Shown: positions 9,680 to 19,363, counted from the first letter of the stretch. The stretch is DNA of 64,000 nt from Candidatus Daviesbacteria bacterium RIFCSPLOWO2_01_FULL_39_23 (GCA_001776935.1 MFDN01000001.1:293449-357448), one strand, 5' to 3'. Numbers and translations are program-made. The notes: generated by a model from the sequence alone, not told the origin.

Positions 9680-10173
9680 TGTTGAGAAAGTTTTAATACC
9701 TTACTTCCTATGTAAAATATCCCTAAAAGATTAAAAAATAAGCCAATCCAAAAAAATTGAACCTGATATTGACCAATAAAAGTAATTATCCCCGTTACGC
9801 CAAGAATCGGTAATATATTAGTTAAATAATGAGCACAACAGGAAATCATGGTAGCGGTGGAAGTGGTCCCTGTTGTAGCTAATACCTGTCCGGTAGCCTG
9901 TTGTTTAATAGCACCCTTAAGATAGCTGTAAAGGGTAACTTGAACTCCAAAACCTAAAGCAAGACTTATAACGTAATACCAAAATTGGGCGAATTGATCC
10001 CAGGCAAACTTCCACCCAGAAATAAGCGTAATAATCAAAAAATATACAGATAAAAGAATAGAAAAGGCTAACAATCCCTTTAGCAAGGATTTCTTCAAAA
10101 TATCCACATTTACAGTTAAATTATTCATCTTGATTAAGTCTAGCATAAAAGATACTACAATGTGTAGTACCAT
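9676..10173 (-). CDS. Integral membrane protein, hypothetical
   Basis: Four or more hydrophobic helices. Stop/start overlaps with neighbours suggest an operon. Confidence 0.4.
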   Translation of the reverse strand: MVLHIVVSFMLDLIKMNNLTVNVDILKKSLLKGLLAFSILLSVYFLIITLISGWKFAWDQFAQFWYYVISLALGFGVQVTLYSYLKGAIKQQATGQVLATTGTTSTATMISCCAHYLTNILPILGVTGIITFIGQYQVQFFWIGLFFNLLGIFYIGSKVLKLSQQ

Positions 10174-10184
10174 TTAAATGGTTA

Positions 10185-10448
10185 CTATCTATGTCCTTTC
10201 TTGAAAATAAGCAGCATTTCTTGAAACTGCTGATCTTTATTTTCACCACCTAATATTTTCTTGACGCATCTTTTTAAATGACCCGACAGAATCTCCTCGT
10301 CAGACATCCTGAGATATTTTTGGACTACCTGGGATTCGTGAATAATATCAAGGTAGTATCTTCTCTGTTCGACCATCTTTAAGACTTTGCGCAGGTGCTG
10401 CGCGGCAGTTTTTAATAGTTTTAGTGCTTTTCTCTCGTTATTACTCAT
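10185..10448 (-). CDS. Second CsoR/RcnR/FrmR-family metalloregulator
   Basis: 87 aa. 'LKLLKTAAQHLRKVLKMVEQRRYYLDIIHESQVVQKY...GHLKRCV' has the helical signature and an H..H..C ligand pattern. Confidence 0.6.
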   Translation of the reverse strand: MSNNERKALKLLKTAAQHLRKVLKMVEQRRYYLDIIHESQVVQKYLRMSDEEILSGHLKRCVKKILGGENKDQQFQEMLLIFKKGHR

Positions 10449-10459
10449 GTTCTTTTTTT

Positions 10460-11110
10460 CTAACGTTTTCCATAAGCTAATATTAATTTAAACGATTTGG
10501 CTGACGGTAAAAAGGCAGGTGTATTTTTAAGGTAATGTTGATACTCTGGGTGTTTTAGCAAAACTTCTCTTTCTTCCTTTCGGGACAGCCTGATATACAT
10601 AAAAGTTAAAACTGGTGCCATAATCAAAGTTGGAAGTGTTGGCCATTGCATTAAGAACCCTAAAATAATCACTACAAAACCAACGTATTGCGGATGCCTG
10701 ATGTATTTATAAGGACCGGTTCTGGCAATCGTCTGTCTCCTCGTGGCTTGATAAAGGATCTTCCAAGAAGCACTGATTAAGATTAATCCCCCGATAATTA
10801 ATATATAGCTTAAAATATGTAAAATACTAAAATGTGGATCTCCTGTATTTCCCAATAAATCTTCCCATAAATGACCGGAATTATGAGAGAAGTTAATTTG
10901 TGGAAACCTATTTCCTAACCAGGAAGAGAGTAGGTATATGGTTAAGGGAAAACCATACATTTCAGTAAAAAGGGCAATGATAAAGGCAGAGAAAGCCCCG
11001 AATGACCGCCAGTCAACCCCTGTCCTAGGTTTGAAGGACTGATAAGCAAATACAAGAAAAACCACGCTTAATGTTATTGCAACAAACCAATTTCCATATG
11101 CGTACTCCAT
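10460..11110 (-). CDS. Isoprenylcysteine carboxyl methyltransferase (ICMT/PEMT)-family membrane methyltransferase
   Basis: Multi-TM protein with C-terminal 'GPYKYIRHPQYVGFVVIILGF' (RHPxY motif). Confidence 0.6.
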   Translation of the reverse strand: MEYAYGNWFVAITLSVVFLVFAYQSFKPRTGVDWRSFGAFSAFIIALFTEMYGFPLTIYLLSSWLGNRFPQINFSHNSGHLWEDLLGNTGDPHFSILHILSYILIIGGLILISASWKILYQATRRQTIARTGPYKYIRHPQYVGFVVIILGFLMQWPTLPTLIMAPVLTFMYIRLSRKEEREVLLKHPEYQHYLKNTPAFLPSAKSFKLILAYGKR

Positions 11111-11177
11111 AATGATTTTCCCGACTTTAATTATATGAAACGTTCATGAAGGTTTAATGAAGATTTTAGGGATTAAA

Positions 11178-11203
11178 AAACACCCTCAGTTGAGGGTGTT
11201 TTC
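11178..11203 (-). terminator. Rho-independent terminator hairpin (stem CACCCTCA/TGAGGGTG, flanked by A- and T-tracts; could act bidirectionally)
   Basis: 8-bp perfect stem with 2-nt loop. On the minus strand it is followed by TTTTTTAA. Lies downstream of the HK/RR operon. Confidence 0.6.
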
Positions 11204-11498
11204 ATCTACTAATACAGATTAGTTAAGTAGGACTGCGAATTGGGCTTTGGCAACAACTCGTAAGCATCACCTCCTTAAAAATTAGGTGCTTTAAGGGTAG
11301 GGCCGCGGAGTCTAGGACTTTAAGAATTCATAAACCTTTTAGTAGGTATTCCACTTCCCCTGACTTCCCAGCAAGGGTTCTAAATGACCATTCCTACCCC
11401 AAAGCTGACTTTAAGTTAAACTTAACTTAAAGATAGTGCTAATCATACAAAAAGCGCCATGAAACCGTAGTGAAGAGCCTATGAAGATTTATTCATTT

Positions 11499-12911
11499 TT
11501 AAGTAGAAAAAGCTTTTACCAGAGGAAGTGCGATAGTAATTGTAGTTCCTTTCCCAATTTTACTATTAGCTTCAATTGTTCCCCGATGGGCCTTTATAAC
11601 CCCTAAAACGATTGCCAAACCTAAACCTGACCCAAAAACTTTATCGGCTTTAGAACCCCGATAGAACCTTTCAAAAATGTGAGGTAAATCTACCGGAGCT
11701 ATTCCTATTCCGGTATCTTTTACATAAATCATAGCTTTACTACCTTTTTTATGAAGAGATAAAGTTACCTTGCCCGGGGTAGGGGTATATTTGATAGCAT
11801 TATCAATAAGATTAAGCATGGCTCTATAGAGTTTATCCTGTTTACCTAAAATAGTAATATTTTGTTCGACTACACCCTCAACTGTAATGTGTTTGGAAGT
11901 AGCCATTTTTGATGCCACATCCTTTAATTCTTCAATAAGTTCCGAAAGATTTATTTCATCAGGTTTCATTCTGCCAGAATCTGCCTCTGACCAAGCTAAA
12001 TCCAGAATATTTTTGAGTGTGGAAATAACCCTGTTGGTATCAATAAAGGCTTCCTTAAGGACACCTTTGTATTCTTCCTTTGTTCGCTCTTTCGATATTG
12101 CCACTTCAATATCATTATGCAGGGTAGATAGGGGAGTTTTTAGCTCGTGAGCTACATCACCAATAAATTGTCTTTCCCTGTTAAAAGTCAGACGCAGTCT
12201 CTCCAGTAGACTATTAAAGGTTACTGCCAATTCTTCTATTTCATCACCAGTTTGAGGATTTGATACCTGCTCATCCAAATTAAGGTTTTCAGAGTTTATT
12301 CTGCGAAGCTGCGAAGACATAGTACTAATAGGCCGAATCGCCCGATTTGCCAGAAAATACCCACCTCCCACGGTTGGAATTGATAAAACGAGAAAGGTGA
12401 CAACTAGAACTAAAAGCAACGTATTAAGTGATTTTTGAATTACATCAATAGGATGCCCTATCATAACTGCACCGGCAAATTGGTTTTGAATGTTAAGCGG
12501 TACGGTATAGAACCGCATTGCAACCGACCCAACTTGCTCATCACGAAAAAACGGCTTTTGTAACTGTAGAGTTTCCTGGTAGAGACGGGTAAATACCTGA
12601 TCACCGGAGTTTATAGTATACGAGCTGTTTAAGACCTCCCCTTGATTGTTTATTAAGACAACAAACATTCCAGGCAAATCATTGAATTCATTAATAAATG
12701 CTTCTTTTTGCATCGCCTGACGCATATCGGTACTTTGGCGTAACATGACCTCTGCCACCTTATCTCCATGAGAGGTAAGAATCTGATCAGTATGAGTAAA
12801 AAGAACCTGACGGGTAACAAAATAAAAAGCTGCAAACACTAAAATTGTAGCTGCAAATAAAGCGCAGCTATACCAAATAATAAGCTGAAAACGGATTCCT
12901 TTTTTTCTCAT
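11499..12911 (-). CDS. Sensor histidine kinase (two TM segments, HAMP, HisKA/HATPase_c)
   Basis: H-box 'VAHELKTPLSTL', N-box 'NLIDNAIKYT', G-boxes 'DTGIGI', 'GSGLGLAI'. Confidence 0.85.
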   Translation of the reverse strand: MRKKGIRFQLIIWYSCALFAATILVFAAFYFVTRQVLFTHTDQILTSHGDKVAEVMLRQSTDMRQAMQKEAFINEFNDLPGMFVVLINNQGEVLNSSYTINSGDQVFTRLYQETLQLQKPFFRDEQVGSVAMRFYTVPLNIQNQFAGAVMIGHPIDVIQKSLNTLLLVLVVTFLVLSIPTVGGGYFLANRAIRPISTMSSQLRRINSENLNLDEQVSNPQTGDEIEELAVTFNSLLERLRLTFNRERQFIGDVAHELKTPLSTLHNDIEVAISKERTKEEYKGVLKEAFIDTNRVISTLKNILDLAWSEADSGRMKPDEINLSELIEELKDVASKMATSKHITVEGVVEQNITILGKQDKLYRAMLNLIDNAIKYTPTPGKVTLSLHKKGSKAMIYVKDTGIGIAPVDLPHIFERFYRGSKADKVFGSGLGLAIVLGVIKAHRGTIEANSKIGKGTTITIALPLVKAFST

Positions 12912-13609
12912 GCATCGGCGCTGATTTTACCTTTATCAAGCGGCAAGCCTATTTTATATCCTACTCCATGAACAGTATGGATAAGTTTAACTTTGGCTCC
13001 TCGGTCAACCTTTCGTCTGATAGCAGCTATAAAGGCATCAACAATATTACTCATCCCTTCAAAATTATAATCCCAAACATGCTCAATAATCATAGTTCTA
13101 GTCAGTACTTCATCTTTGTGTCTCAATAAGTATTCTAGTATGGCAAATTCCTTGGATGTAAGTGTGATTAAGTTGTCTGAACGCTTTACTATATGTTTCA
13201 GGGGATCAATTTCAAGATCAGCGATTTTTAAAACCAGAGTGGCTTCCTGCTTACTTCTTCTAATAAGTGCTTGAATTCTGGATCTAAGTTCCAAAAAGGA
13301 AAATGGTTTTGTCAGGTAGTCATCTGCACCACCATCCAATCCGGCAATCCTATCTTCGATATTTGACTTTGCCGTCAGCATAATAATTGGGGTTTTAATA
13401 TTTTTACTACGAAGTTCTTTACAAACCGTTACTCCATCAACTTTCGGCAGCATAACATCTAAAACAATCAAATCGTACTCCTCAGTTTCAGCCATATACT
13501 GGCCTTCTTCACCATCATAAGCCACATCAACTGCAAACCCTTCCTCAGCTAGACCCTTTTTAACACTATTAGCCAAACGGTGTTCGTCATCAACAACCAA
13601 AATACGCAT
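12908..13609 (-). CDS. OmpR/PhoB-family response regulator
   Basis: Receiver domain 'MRILVVDDE...DLIVLDVMLP'. C-terminal winged-helix 'VHTVHGVGYK'. 4-nt overlap with the kinase gene. Confidence 0.9.
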   Translation of the reverse strand: MRILVVDDEHRLANSVKKGLAEEGFAVDVAYDGEEGQYMAETEEYDLIVLDVMLPKVDGVTVCKELRSKNIKTPIIMLTAKSNIEDRIAGLDGGADDYLTKPFSFLELRSRIQALIRRSKQEATLVLKIADLEIDPLKHIVKRSDNLITLTSKEFAILEYLLRHKDEVLTRTMIIEHVWDYNFEGMSNIVDAFIAAIRRKVDRGAKVKLIHTVHGVGYKIGLPLDKGKISADA

Positions 13610-13693
13610 AAATCACCTTATAAGTAGCATTCTACAATAAAAAGGTTAAGATATTATGAAGATTCTATTGGTCTTAGTCAAATTGAAGGTGAA

Positions 13694-14050
13694 TTAAGGA
13701 AGCAAAGGCCCGCCCTGGTAATTAGGAATCCACCAGGGAAGAAAGACATAAATCATGAAAGCAATACCAAAAATTATAGAAAAAGCAATGTATAAAATAA
13801 TGCTTAGGGTATGGTCACCAAAAGTTTTATAACCTTTTTCTTTACAACATTTACCATGGTGATGATGCCACCATAAAAATAATCCTCCCAAAAGAAGAAT
13901 GGGAATTAGCAGCGTCTTATTTCTTCCTTCGTTGGTTAGTACTAACAAATACCCTGAGGAGATCAAGAAAAACAGCAATGCACCACAACAAAGTACATGG
14001 AAAAACAAAAAGGGGATGGTTGTTCCGGCAAACTTTTTGATTACATTCAC
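13694..14050 (-). CDS. Small membrane protein with HHHHGKCC motif
   Basis: Three hydrophobic helices. 'WWHHHHGKCCKEKG' loop could be a metal-binding site. Confidence 0.4.
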   Translation of the reverse strand: MNVIKKFAGTTIPFLFFHVLCCGALLFFLISSGYLLVLTNEGRNKTLLIPILLLGGLFLWWHHHHGKCCKEKGYKTFGDHTLSIILYIAFSIIFGIAFMIYVFLPWWIPNYQGGPLLP

Positions 14051-14107
14051 TGGATTAAATTATATGTAAAAAAGATTAAGAATTCATGAATACCATTAAA
14101 CTCCTGC

Positions 14108-14353
14108 TTACCCATGCTCATAGATAAATTCACTTGCATATTTCTCTGGACAGTCTTCAAAACGTTGTAAACAATCTTCTGAGCAAAAATAATACAACTT
14201 TCCTTTGTGATATGATCTATACTCTGTTTCGTAAGGTTGAAGTTCTAATTCGCAAATCGGATCTATAACAAATTCTTCTTCGTCAATGGGCACTTCCAAA
14301 TCATCAGAAACTTGTTGTCCAATTACTTTAGAAAACTTCATTTTAATGCTCAT
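14108..14353 (-). CDS. YHS/TRASH-domain small metal-binding protein
   Basis: 'DPICELELQPYETEYRSYHKGKLYYFCSEDCLQRFEDCPEKY'. Confidence 0.65.
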   Translation of the reverse strand: MSIKMKFSKVIGQQVSDDLEVPIDEEEFVIDPICELELQPYETEYRSYHKGKLYYFCSEDCLQRFEDCPEKYASEFIYEHG

Positions 14354-14415
14354 ATTACTAAAGATTGATGAATATTTAATGAATATTAGGGGGTGGAAGT
14401 AATCTTATATTTCCT

Positions 14416-14943
14416 CTAGCATTGTTCACTGACTCTGCAAATATAATCTGTTAACTGTTGCTTATCCAAAAAGCCGTAAGCAGGAGATTTTTCTATCCCT
14501 TTAGCATCAAAAATAAACGTAGGGACTCCCGAGATTTTATATTTTTGAGCCTCCTCACCACAAGAATCCAGCCCATACCATTCCCCGTAAAAGTGATCTC
14601 CATGCTCAGGTAGTATTTGATCCAAAACTTTATTTTGGGCAACACAATAAGGACAGGTTTCCGATTCAAAGACTTTAAACTTTAAAGGAGCAGCGGGATT
14701 ACCAGCTTTAATATTAGGACAGTTTTTTTCACCTAACTCAATTTTCTTACTAAACTCAGCCGCAACCATCCTCGGAGGTTTATTTGCAGCTTTCTCAATT
14801 TGAGTAATTTCCTGGCTAGTATTTTTAATTCCTAAGTTTAGGTAAACATTAAAACCAATAAACAGTGTTACTAACACCACTAAAAATAAAGGTGTTTTTT
14901 TAAAAATCTGTTGGTCTGTCCAAACAATTTTTGGTAAGCTCAT
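14416..14943 (-). CDS. Membrane-anchored thioredoxin/DsbA-like thiol-disulfide oxidoreductase
   Basis: N-terminal TM segment. 'ETCPYCVAQ' CxxC in a thioredoxin-like context. Confidence 0.55.
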   Translation of the reverse strand: MSLPKIVWTDQQIFKKTPLFLVVLVTLFIGFNVYLNLGIKNTSQEITQIEKAANKPPRMVAAEFSKKIELGEKNCPNIKAGNPAAPLKFKVFESETCPYCVAQNKVLDQILPEHGDHFYGEWYGLDSCGEEAQKYKISGVPTFIFDAKGIEKSPAYGFLDKQQLTDYICRVSEQC

Positions 14944-15617
14944 ATTGAAATTACTTGTAACGCTAAATAAATTAAATAAATTCCGGCCAAAATAATCAAT
15001 ACTCCTGCGCTTTTCTGCAATGTTCCCATATACCTTGTTAAAAACTTATGCATGGCGCTTTTTGACAAAGATGAGATGAGAGAAAATAGGATCATCAGGG
15101 ACGACATAGCTAAAGCATAAACTGCAAAATTAATTACTCCTCCAAACATTCCCTTCTGGGCTAATGATTGAAAAATCACCAACAAAAAAATTGGTAAAGT
15201 ACACCCTATCGCCCCAAAAGCATAAGCTACGCCAAAAAGATAGAACCTTCTTCCGCCATTAGTTCTAGTTTGGATAACAAGAGGCGGTCTGACGGCGAAT
15301 TCATAGCCAAGCAGTGTTGATGACCCCATAAATAAAAGGAGTCCGCCGGTAACCAATTCTATCCAGGGAAAAATTGGAGCAATAAGGCGCCCAAAAAGAG
15401 CCAGAATGATGCCAAAGACAATATAAACACTGATAAGTCCTAAGCTGGCTAAGCTGCCAGCCTTAAGGCCAAAAAGAAGCTGTTGTATTTTATTGTTATC
15501 TCCCGTTTCCTGCTTAACATAGTACCCGACGTACGCCGGAATTAAGGCAATACTACATGGAGCAAAGAAAGCCTGCAGACCTGCCAGAAACGAGAAGGAA
15601 ACTAAAACTAGATCCAT
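14940..15617 (-). CDS. ccdA: CcdA/DsbD-family transmembrane thiol-disulfide transporter
   Basis: 'FFAPCSIALIPAY' and 'FGAIGCTLPIF' TM cysteine motifs. 4-nt overlap with the downstream thioredoxin gene. Confidence 0.7.
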   Translation of the reverse strand: MDLVLVSFSFLAGLQAFFAPCSIALIPAYVGYYVKQETGDNNKIQQLLFGLKAGSLASLGLISVYIVFGIILALFGRLIAPIFPWIELVTGGLLLFMGSSTLLGYEFAVRPPLVIQTRTNGGRRFYLFGVAYAFGAIGCTLPIFLLVIFQSLAQKGMFGGVINFAVYALAMSSLMILFSLISSLSKSAMHKFLTRYMGTLQKSAGVLIILAGIYLIYLALQVISI

Positions 15618-15620
15618 ACT

Positions 15621-16205
15621 CTAGAGTGGTGCTTTTTCAGGACCCCGGTCTTCATTTGTTTCCATGAAAGTTTTGATTCGATCCTCATCAATTGTTTGGA
15701 GCTTAAGTAACCTGCCCCATGAAGTTAAAGCAATTGGAACATCAAGGCTGTCCCTTGGGATCATAATCTTTTTACTAACTGAAACAGATCCAAAAATTTG
15801 TTTTAACCTGTCAATATCTTGCTCAGATAAACCATTTGTCTTTGCTGATTCCGTTCCTTCTGTTACTTGATTATCTGTGCCACTGGATGGTTTGTACCAA
15901 AGTATAACGGCTCCGTGTTCCATGCTGTGTATTAGATTCCCATCCGGGATAGGTTTGTCATAGATACCAGCAGGTTGGGAGTTGGCATAATGGGGACCTG
16001 ATGTTGGCGGATTCGTGCTATATTCTTCTTTTGTACTTTCTGGTACATGATTTGCACCCTGACTGGCAATGGCCTCTCCTATTAAAGGTTGGTTTAATTT
16101 TGCCTGATCCTTGGCGCCTTGGATGTTTAGAAACCAGATGCCTCCACCAAGAATAATAACAGTGGCTATTACAACTCCTATAATAATTTTAGTTTCTGTC
16201 GTCAT
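15621..16205 (-). CDS. Secreted protein, DUF3105-like
   Basis: Signal anchor then a domain with 'HSMEHGAVILWYKP'. Family assignment is from memory and is low confidence. Confidence 0.35.
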   Translation of the reverse strand: MTTETKIIIGVVIATVIILGGGIWFLNIQGAKDQAKLNQPLIGEAIASQGANHVPESTKEEYSTNPPTSGPHYANSQPAGIYDKPIPDGNLIHSMEHGAVILWYKPSSGTDNQVTEGTESAKTNGLSEQDIDRLKQIFGSVSVSKKIMIPRDSLDVPIALTSWGRLLKLQTIDEDRIKTFMETNEDRGPEKAPL

Positions 16206-16212
16206 ATATTTC

Positions 16213-16560
16213 TCATTTTTTTGTAACAGTAATATTTATATTGAAAAGTTTGCTCAAAAAACCGGAAGAATTCATCCTCCACATTAGGAATTGGTTAAAT
16301 AAAAATGCTCCAATAATTACGATTAAAAGGATCACACTCAACTTTTTCATTAAAGCCTGCGAGTCAGTATTTTTTAGGCTTATGGGAAATATGATTTGTG
16401 TGACCGGCGCTTGCTTTGAAATTTTAAGCTTAGATATCTCTTCTTCCGATATGAAAATATTTTGCAAAGAATGGCGAAACAGGAAGTAAAGTATGCCTCC
16501 GATTATCAGGACGCTACCCAGAAATAGAAAAAAATCATTGTAGTCGGTCAAATTAATCAT
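16213..16560 (-). CDS. Small membrane protein, hypothetical
   Basis: Two hydrophobic helices. Overlaps the next gene by 4 nt. Confidence 0.3.
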   Translation of the reverse strand: MINLTDYNDFFLFLGSVLIIGGILYFLFRHSLQNIFISEEEISKLKISKQAPVTQIIFPISLKNTDSQALMKKLSVILLIVIIGAFLFNQFLMWRMNSSGFLSKLFNINITVTKK

Positions 16561-17840
16561 CTTGCAATTCCATGCCTTCCATCAGAACCTGCGCCACCAT
16601 GTGACTCATGTGGGAGGGCGCTGTCGTTCCCGGTTGCTAACAGATAATCTTCCAGCATTCCTTTTGGATACCACAGGGCATACCAACGATGAGATTCGCC
16701 AACAAGTTGCTCATCTGAATATTTATCGCCGAAATTTGTGATCATAAAGCGGTAAAAGCCCCTGACTGCTTTTGCATGGGCACATCCGCAGTTTTTATTC
16801 ATTGTCACATTATTAGCGCTGCCGCAACAGTAGCTACAAGTCATCATAGTAGAGATCAGCTTTTGATATCTTGTCTCTTGCTCGGTTGAAAGTTTTATGG
16901 AAGTTTCAAATACCCCCCACTTTTTTTGGGCATTGATAGGATCATCAAAAGCAACATCATCAGGAGCATAAAAAGGTTTACCGGTTGCAATCATTACCAC
17001 TTTGGCATCAGCGAGTGCGTTTCCTGAATTTGGGTTGGCAGATACTTCCGTGATTGTCGGCCATTCAAACAAGGAAGTGGTTTTTCCATCAGGATTTATT
17101 TTAGGTGCGATAATAGTGTAGGTGGATTTAGTTTGGATACCAAGTAGCTTTGCTACAAATCCTTTATTTGAAGTCATACCCATTGTAGCAGCAACCTGAG
17201 ACATCAAAAGCTGGTTTACAAGGAAAAGTCCTGCCAAAGAAAAAACAAAAATATTTTGTAGTGGTAAAATGACAAATCGTTTTTGTGCCCCTTGTTTTGC
17301 AACGGAACTTTTAAGATTGTGAGATATATCGTTACACTCCTTGCAATGAATAGCTGCCTTAACTTTGCTAATGCCATAGAGCAATGATCCGATCAAAAGG
17401 ATTAAACTTAAAAATTTAAGTTCTAAACCTTGCAAGGGGAATACAGCTAATCCACCCGCTACACCGATTGCTGATAATAGAAATGCCCCGCAAACAGGGC
17501 AACCCATACTAAAAGCAGCTGCTAATAAACCCCCGAAATTTGCACTGATGTTCTTAGTTTGACTCAACCTGGAATGACGATAAAGCCAAAGGGCAGTGGC
17601 TACGCTTACACCGGATAAAAGAATTATCAAGATTGATGTAGCTATATAGGTGATACCATACAAAACGCTGTATGAACCAAAGTCTCCGCTCTTCATGTTT
17701 TGTAAGAAAGTTTGGATAGTTGTGGTTTTATAAAACAGCCAGTAAGAAAGATAAGAAAATGCCAGAGTTGTATAGAAGGTTACATATCTGTAAAAAGATT
17801 CCCTAAATATAATTTTTAATGATGTTAATATTGTATACAT
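16557..17840 (-). CDS. Polytopic membrane protein with intramembrane CPxC and Cys-rich extracytoplasmic C-terminal domain
   Basis: 'SMGCPVCGAFLLSAIG' (MerT/CcdA-like intramembrane CxxC), 'CKECND', and a C-terminal soluble domain with 'TCSYCCGS...NKNCGCAHAK'. Confidence 0.45.
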   Translation of the reverse strand: MYTILTSLKIIFRESFYRYVTFYTTLAFSYLSYWLFYKTTTIQTFLQNMKSGDFGSYSVLYGITYIATSILIILLSGVSVATALWLYRHSRLSQTKNISANFGGLLAAAFSMGCPVCGAFLLSAIGVAGGLAVFPLQGLELKFLSLILLIGSLLYGISKVKAAIHCKECNDISHNLKSSVAKQGAQKRFVILPLQNIFVFSLAGLFLVNQLLMSQVAATMGMTSNKGFVAKLLGIQTKSTYTIIAPKINPDGKTTSLFEWPTITEVSANPNSGNALADAKVVMIATGKPFYAPDDVAFDDPINAQKKWGVFETSIKLSTEQETRYQKLISTMMTCSYCCGSANNVTMNKNCGCAHAKAVRGFYRFMITNFGDKYSDEQLVGESHRWYALWYPKGMLEDYLLATGNDSALPHESHGGAGSDGRHGIAR

Positions 17841-17842
17841 AA

Positions 17843-19063
17843 TTATTGTTGCGCTCCGCTTGGCGTGGCTGATGGTGTAGCTGACTGAACCTTACCCACT
17901 ATCTGATTAGTTGTTAAATCCTTATAAACGACACCTCTCAGTTGTTGCATTTCCCTAAACACATACCAGCCGTCTGTTTCCACTGTCCCCACATTTTTCC
18001 AAACATTCTTCAAATTCGTATACTGATCTGATTCGGGTGACGTAAGAATAGTAGGAATTTTGGTAATCTTATACTTGCTAATCAAACCCTGTCCCTCACC
18101 TGAAGACACATCAACAGTCCGTTCAGACCGGATACCTACACCATATCCTTGTTTAAGAATAGGTTTTTGAACCGCATCTGCTTTATAACAATCGCTACAG
18201 TTAGAGTCAGTTAAATAGATTAAATCAACTAAACCTAAGATTTGATTCTTCTCTAAATCTCTATATGGTAAAAATAAATTGCGTGCTACGTAAGTTTTAT
18301 CTTGCTCAACCGTACCAATATTTGCCCAGCTTGATTTAACATTGTCGTAGAAATCTATATCAGATGAAAGAACGAAAGTTGGCAGCTTGGTAATTTTGTA
18401 CTGATTGATAATTCTTTGTCCCTCAAAGGAATTCCATACGATTTCTTTTTGATCCACGATTTTTATTCCGGATTTTTTGAAACTCTCTAATGTTAACTTA
18501 GGATCGATACACTCCGTGCAAGACGGATCAGTCAGTATAGTTGCAATTACCTTACCCACTTCTTGTTTGCTGTCAGTATCAATAAAAACAGGAGTAACTT
18601 TGGTAAAGACAAAATTATTATTTTTTATCTCACCATTGTTTTTAACAAAACCCTCAAGATTGCTTTTGGTTACTTCTCCTGAAACAATATAAGCTGGAAT
18701 TCTTTTAATAGCTAACTCTTTAATAGAGGCGCTGGCTTCCGGTGAATCAAAGTTTAATGTAATTTCGTCTTCTACTTTAACATTTTGCTTCTTAAAGTCA
18801 TTGACAGCAGCATCAATGTTAAAGCAGTCCTGACAACCAGGTACAGAAATTTTAACAATTTTGACATTGGCTGGTCGGGCTGCTTCTTTTGCAGCAGCAA
18901 TATTTTTATTGACAGCAACAAGGGTTTTAGTAGAAACAAGCGCTCCTATAACAGTGGCGGTAAGCGTGACAATCAAAATTATCTTTGGCCATGTAATATT
19001 TAGCTTCTTTTTCTTGCTACTTAACCTCGAGCCGATACTAGATACAACATCTTTCCTGTTCAT
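17843..19063 (-). CDS. Membrane-anchored protein with three tandem thioredoxin-like CxxC repeats
   Basis: Three ~100-aa repeats each with Cx[DE]C: 'PGCQDCFNIDAAV', 'PSCTECIDPK', 'SNCSDCYKADAV'. Confidence 0.5.
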   Translation of the reverse strand: MNRKDVVSSIGSRLSSKKKKLNITWPKIILIVTLTATVIGALVSTKTLVAVNKNIAAAKEAARPANVKIVKISVPGCQDCFNIDAAVNDFKKQNVKVEDEITLNFDSPEASASIKELAIKRIPAYIVSGEVTKSNLEGFVKNNGEIKNNNFVFTKVTPVFIDTDSKQEVGKVIATILTDPSCTECIDPKLTLESFKKSGIKIVDQKEIVWNSFEGQRIINQYKITKLPTFVLSSDIDFYDNVKSSWANIGTVEQDKTYVARNLFLPYRDLEKNQILGLVDLIYLTDSNCSDCYKADAVQKPILKQGYGVGIRSERTVDVSSGEGQGLISKYKITKIPTILTSPESDQYTNLKNVWKNVGTVETDGWYVFREMQQLRGVVYKDLTTNQIVGKVQSATPSATPSGAQQ

Positions 19064-19087
19064 AATATTTAGACAGTTTGTGCATCA

Positions 19088-19363
19088 CTAGCATCCTCCA
19101 ACCATGGACTGCGGCACGTCCGCATTGCTTCCTGTGCCAGCTCCGCTGTTTGTAGTAGCAGGAGCAGCTTTTACCGTAGACGTACTGGCTTTAGAGCTGA
19201 TACGTACTAATTGAAATGTTTGGAAAAGAGTGATCACAGCTATAAGTCCAAGCACCACAATTTGTAAGTTAGGTTTTGGGACACGCAATACTACAGTATT
19301 ATTGTTTTCTTGACTCGGAGAATGACGTGTTGCGTTTGTTTCTATCCGTTGATTTTCTGTCAT
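19088..19363 (-). CDS. Small membrane-anchored protein, hypothetical
   Basis: 91 aa with a single TM segment, upstream of the thioredoxin-repeat gene. Confidence 0.3.
   Translation of the reverse strand: MTENQRIETNATRHSPSQENNNTVVLRVPKPNLQIVVLGLIAVITLFQTFQLVRISSKASTSTVKAAPATTNSGAGTGSNADVPQSMVGGC

Noticed and set aside
11262-11282. 'CATCACCTCCTTA' resembling the 3' end of 16S rRNA
   Set aside because: No upstream 16S conserved blocks (e.g. AAGTCGTAACAAGGTA) and no rRNA-sized region. Coincidental match.
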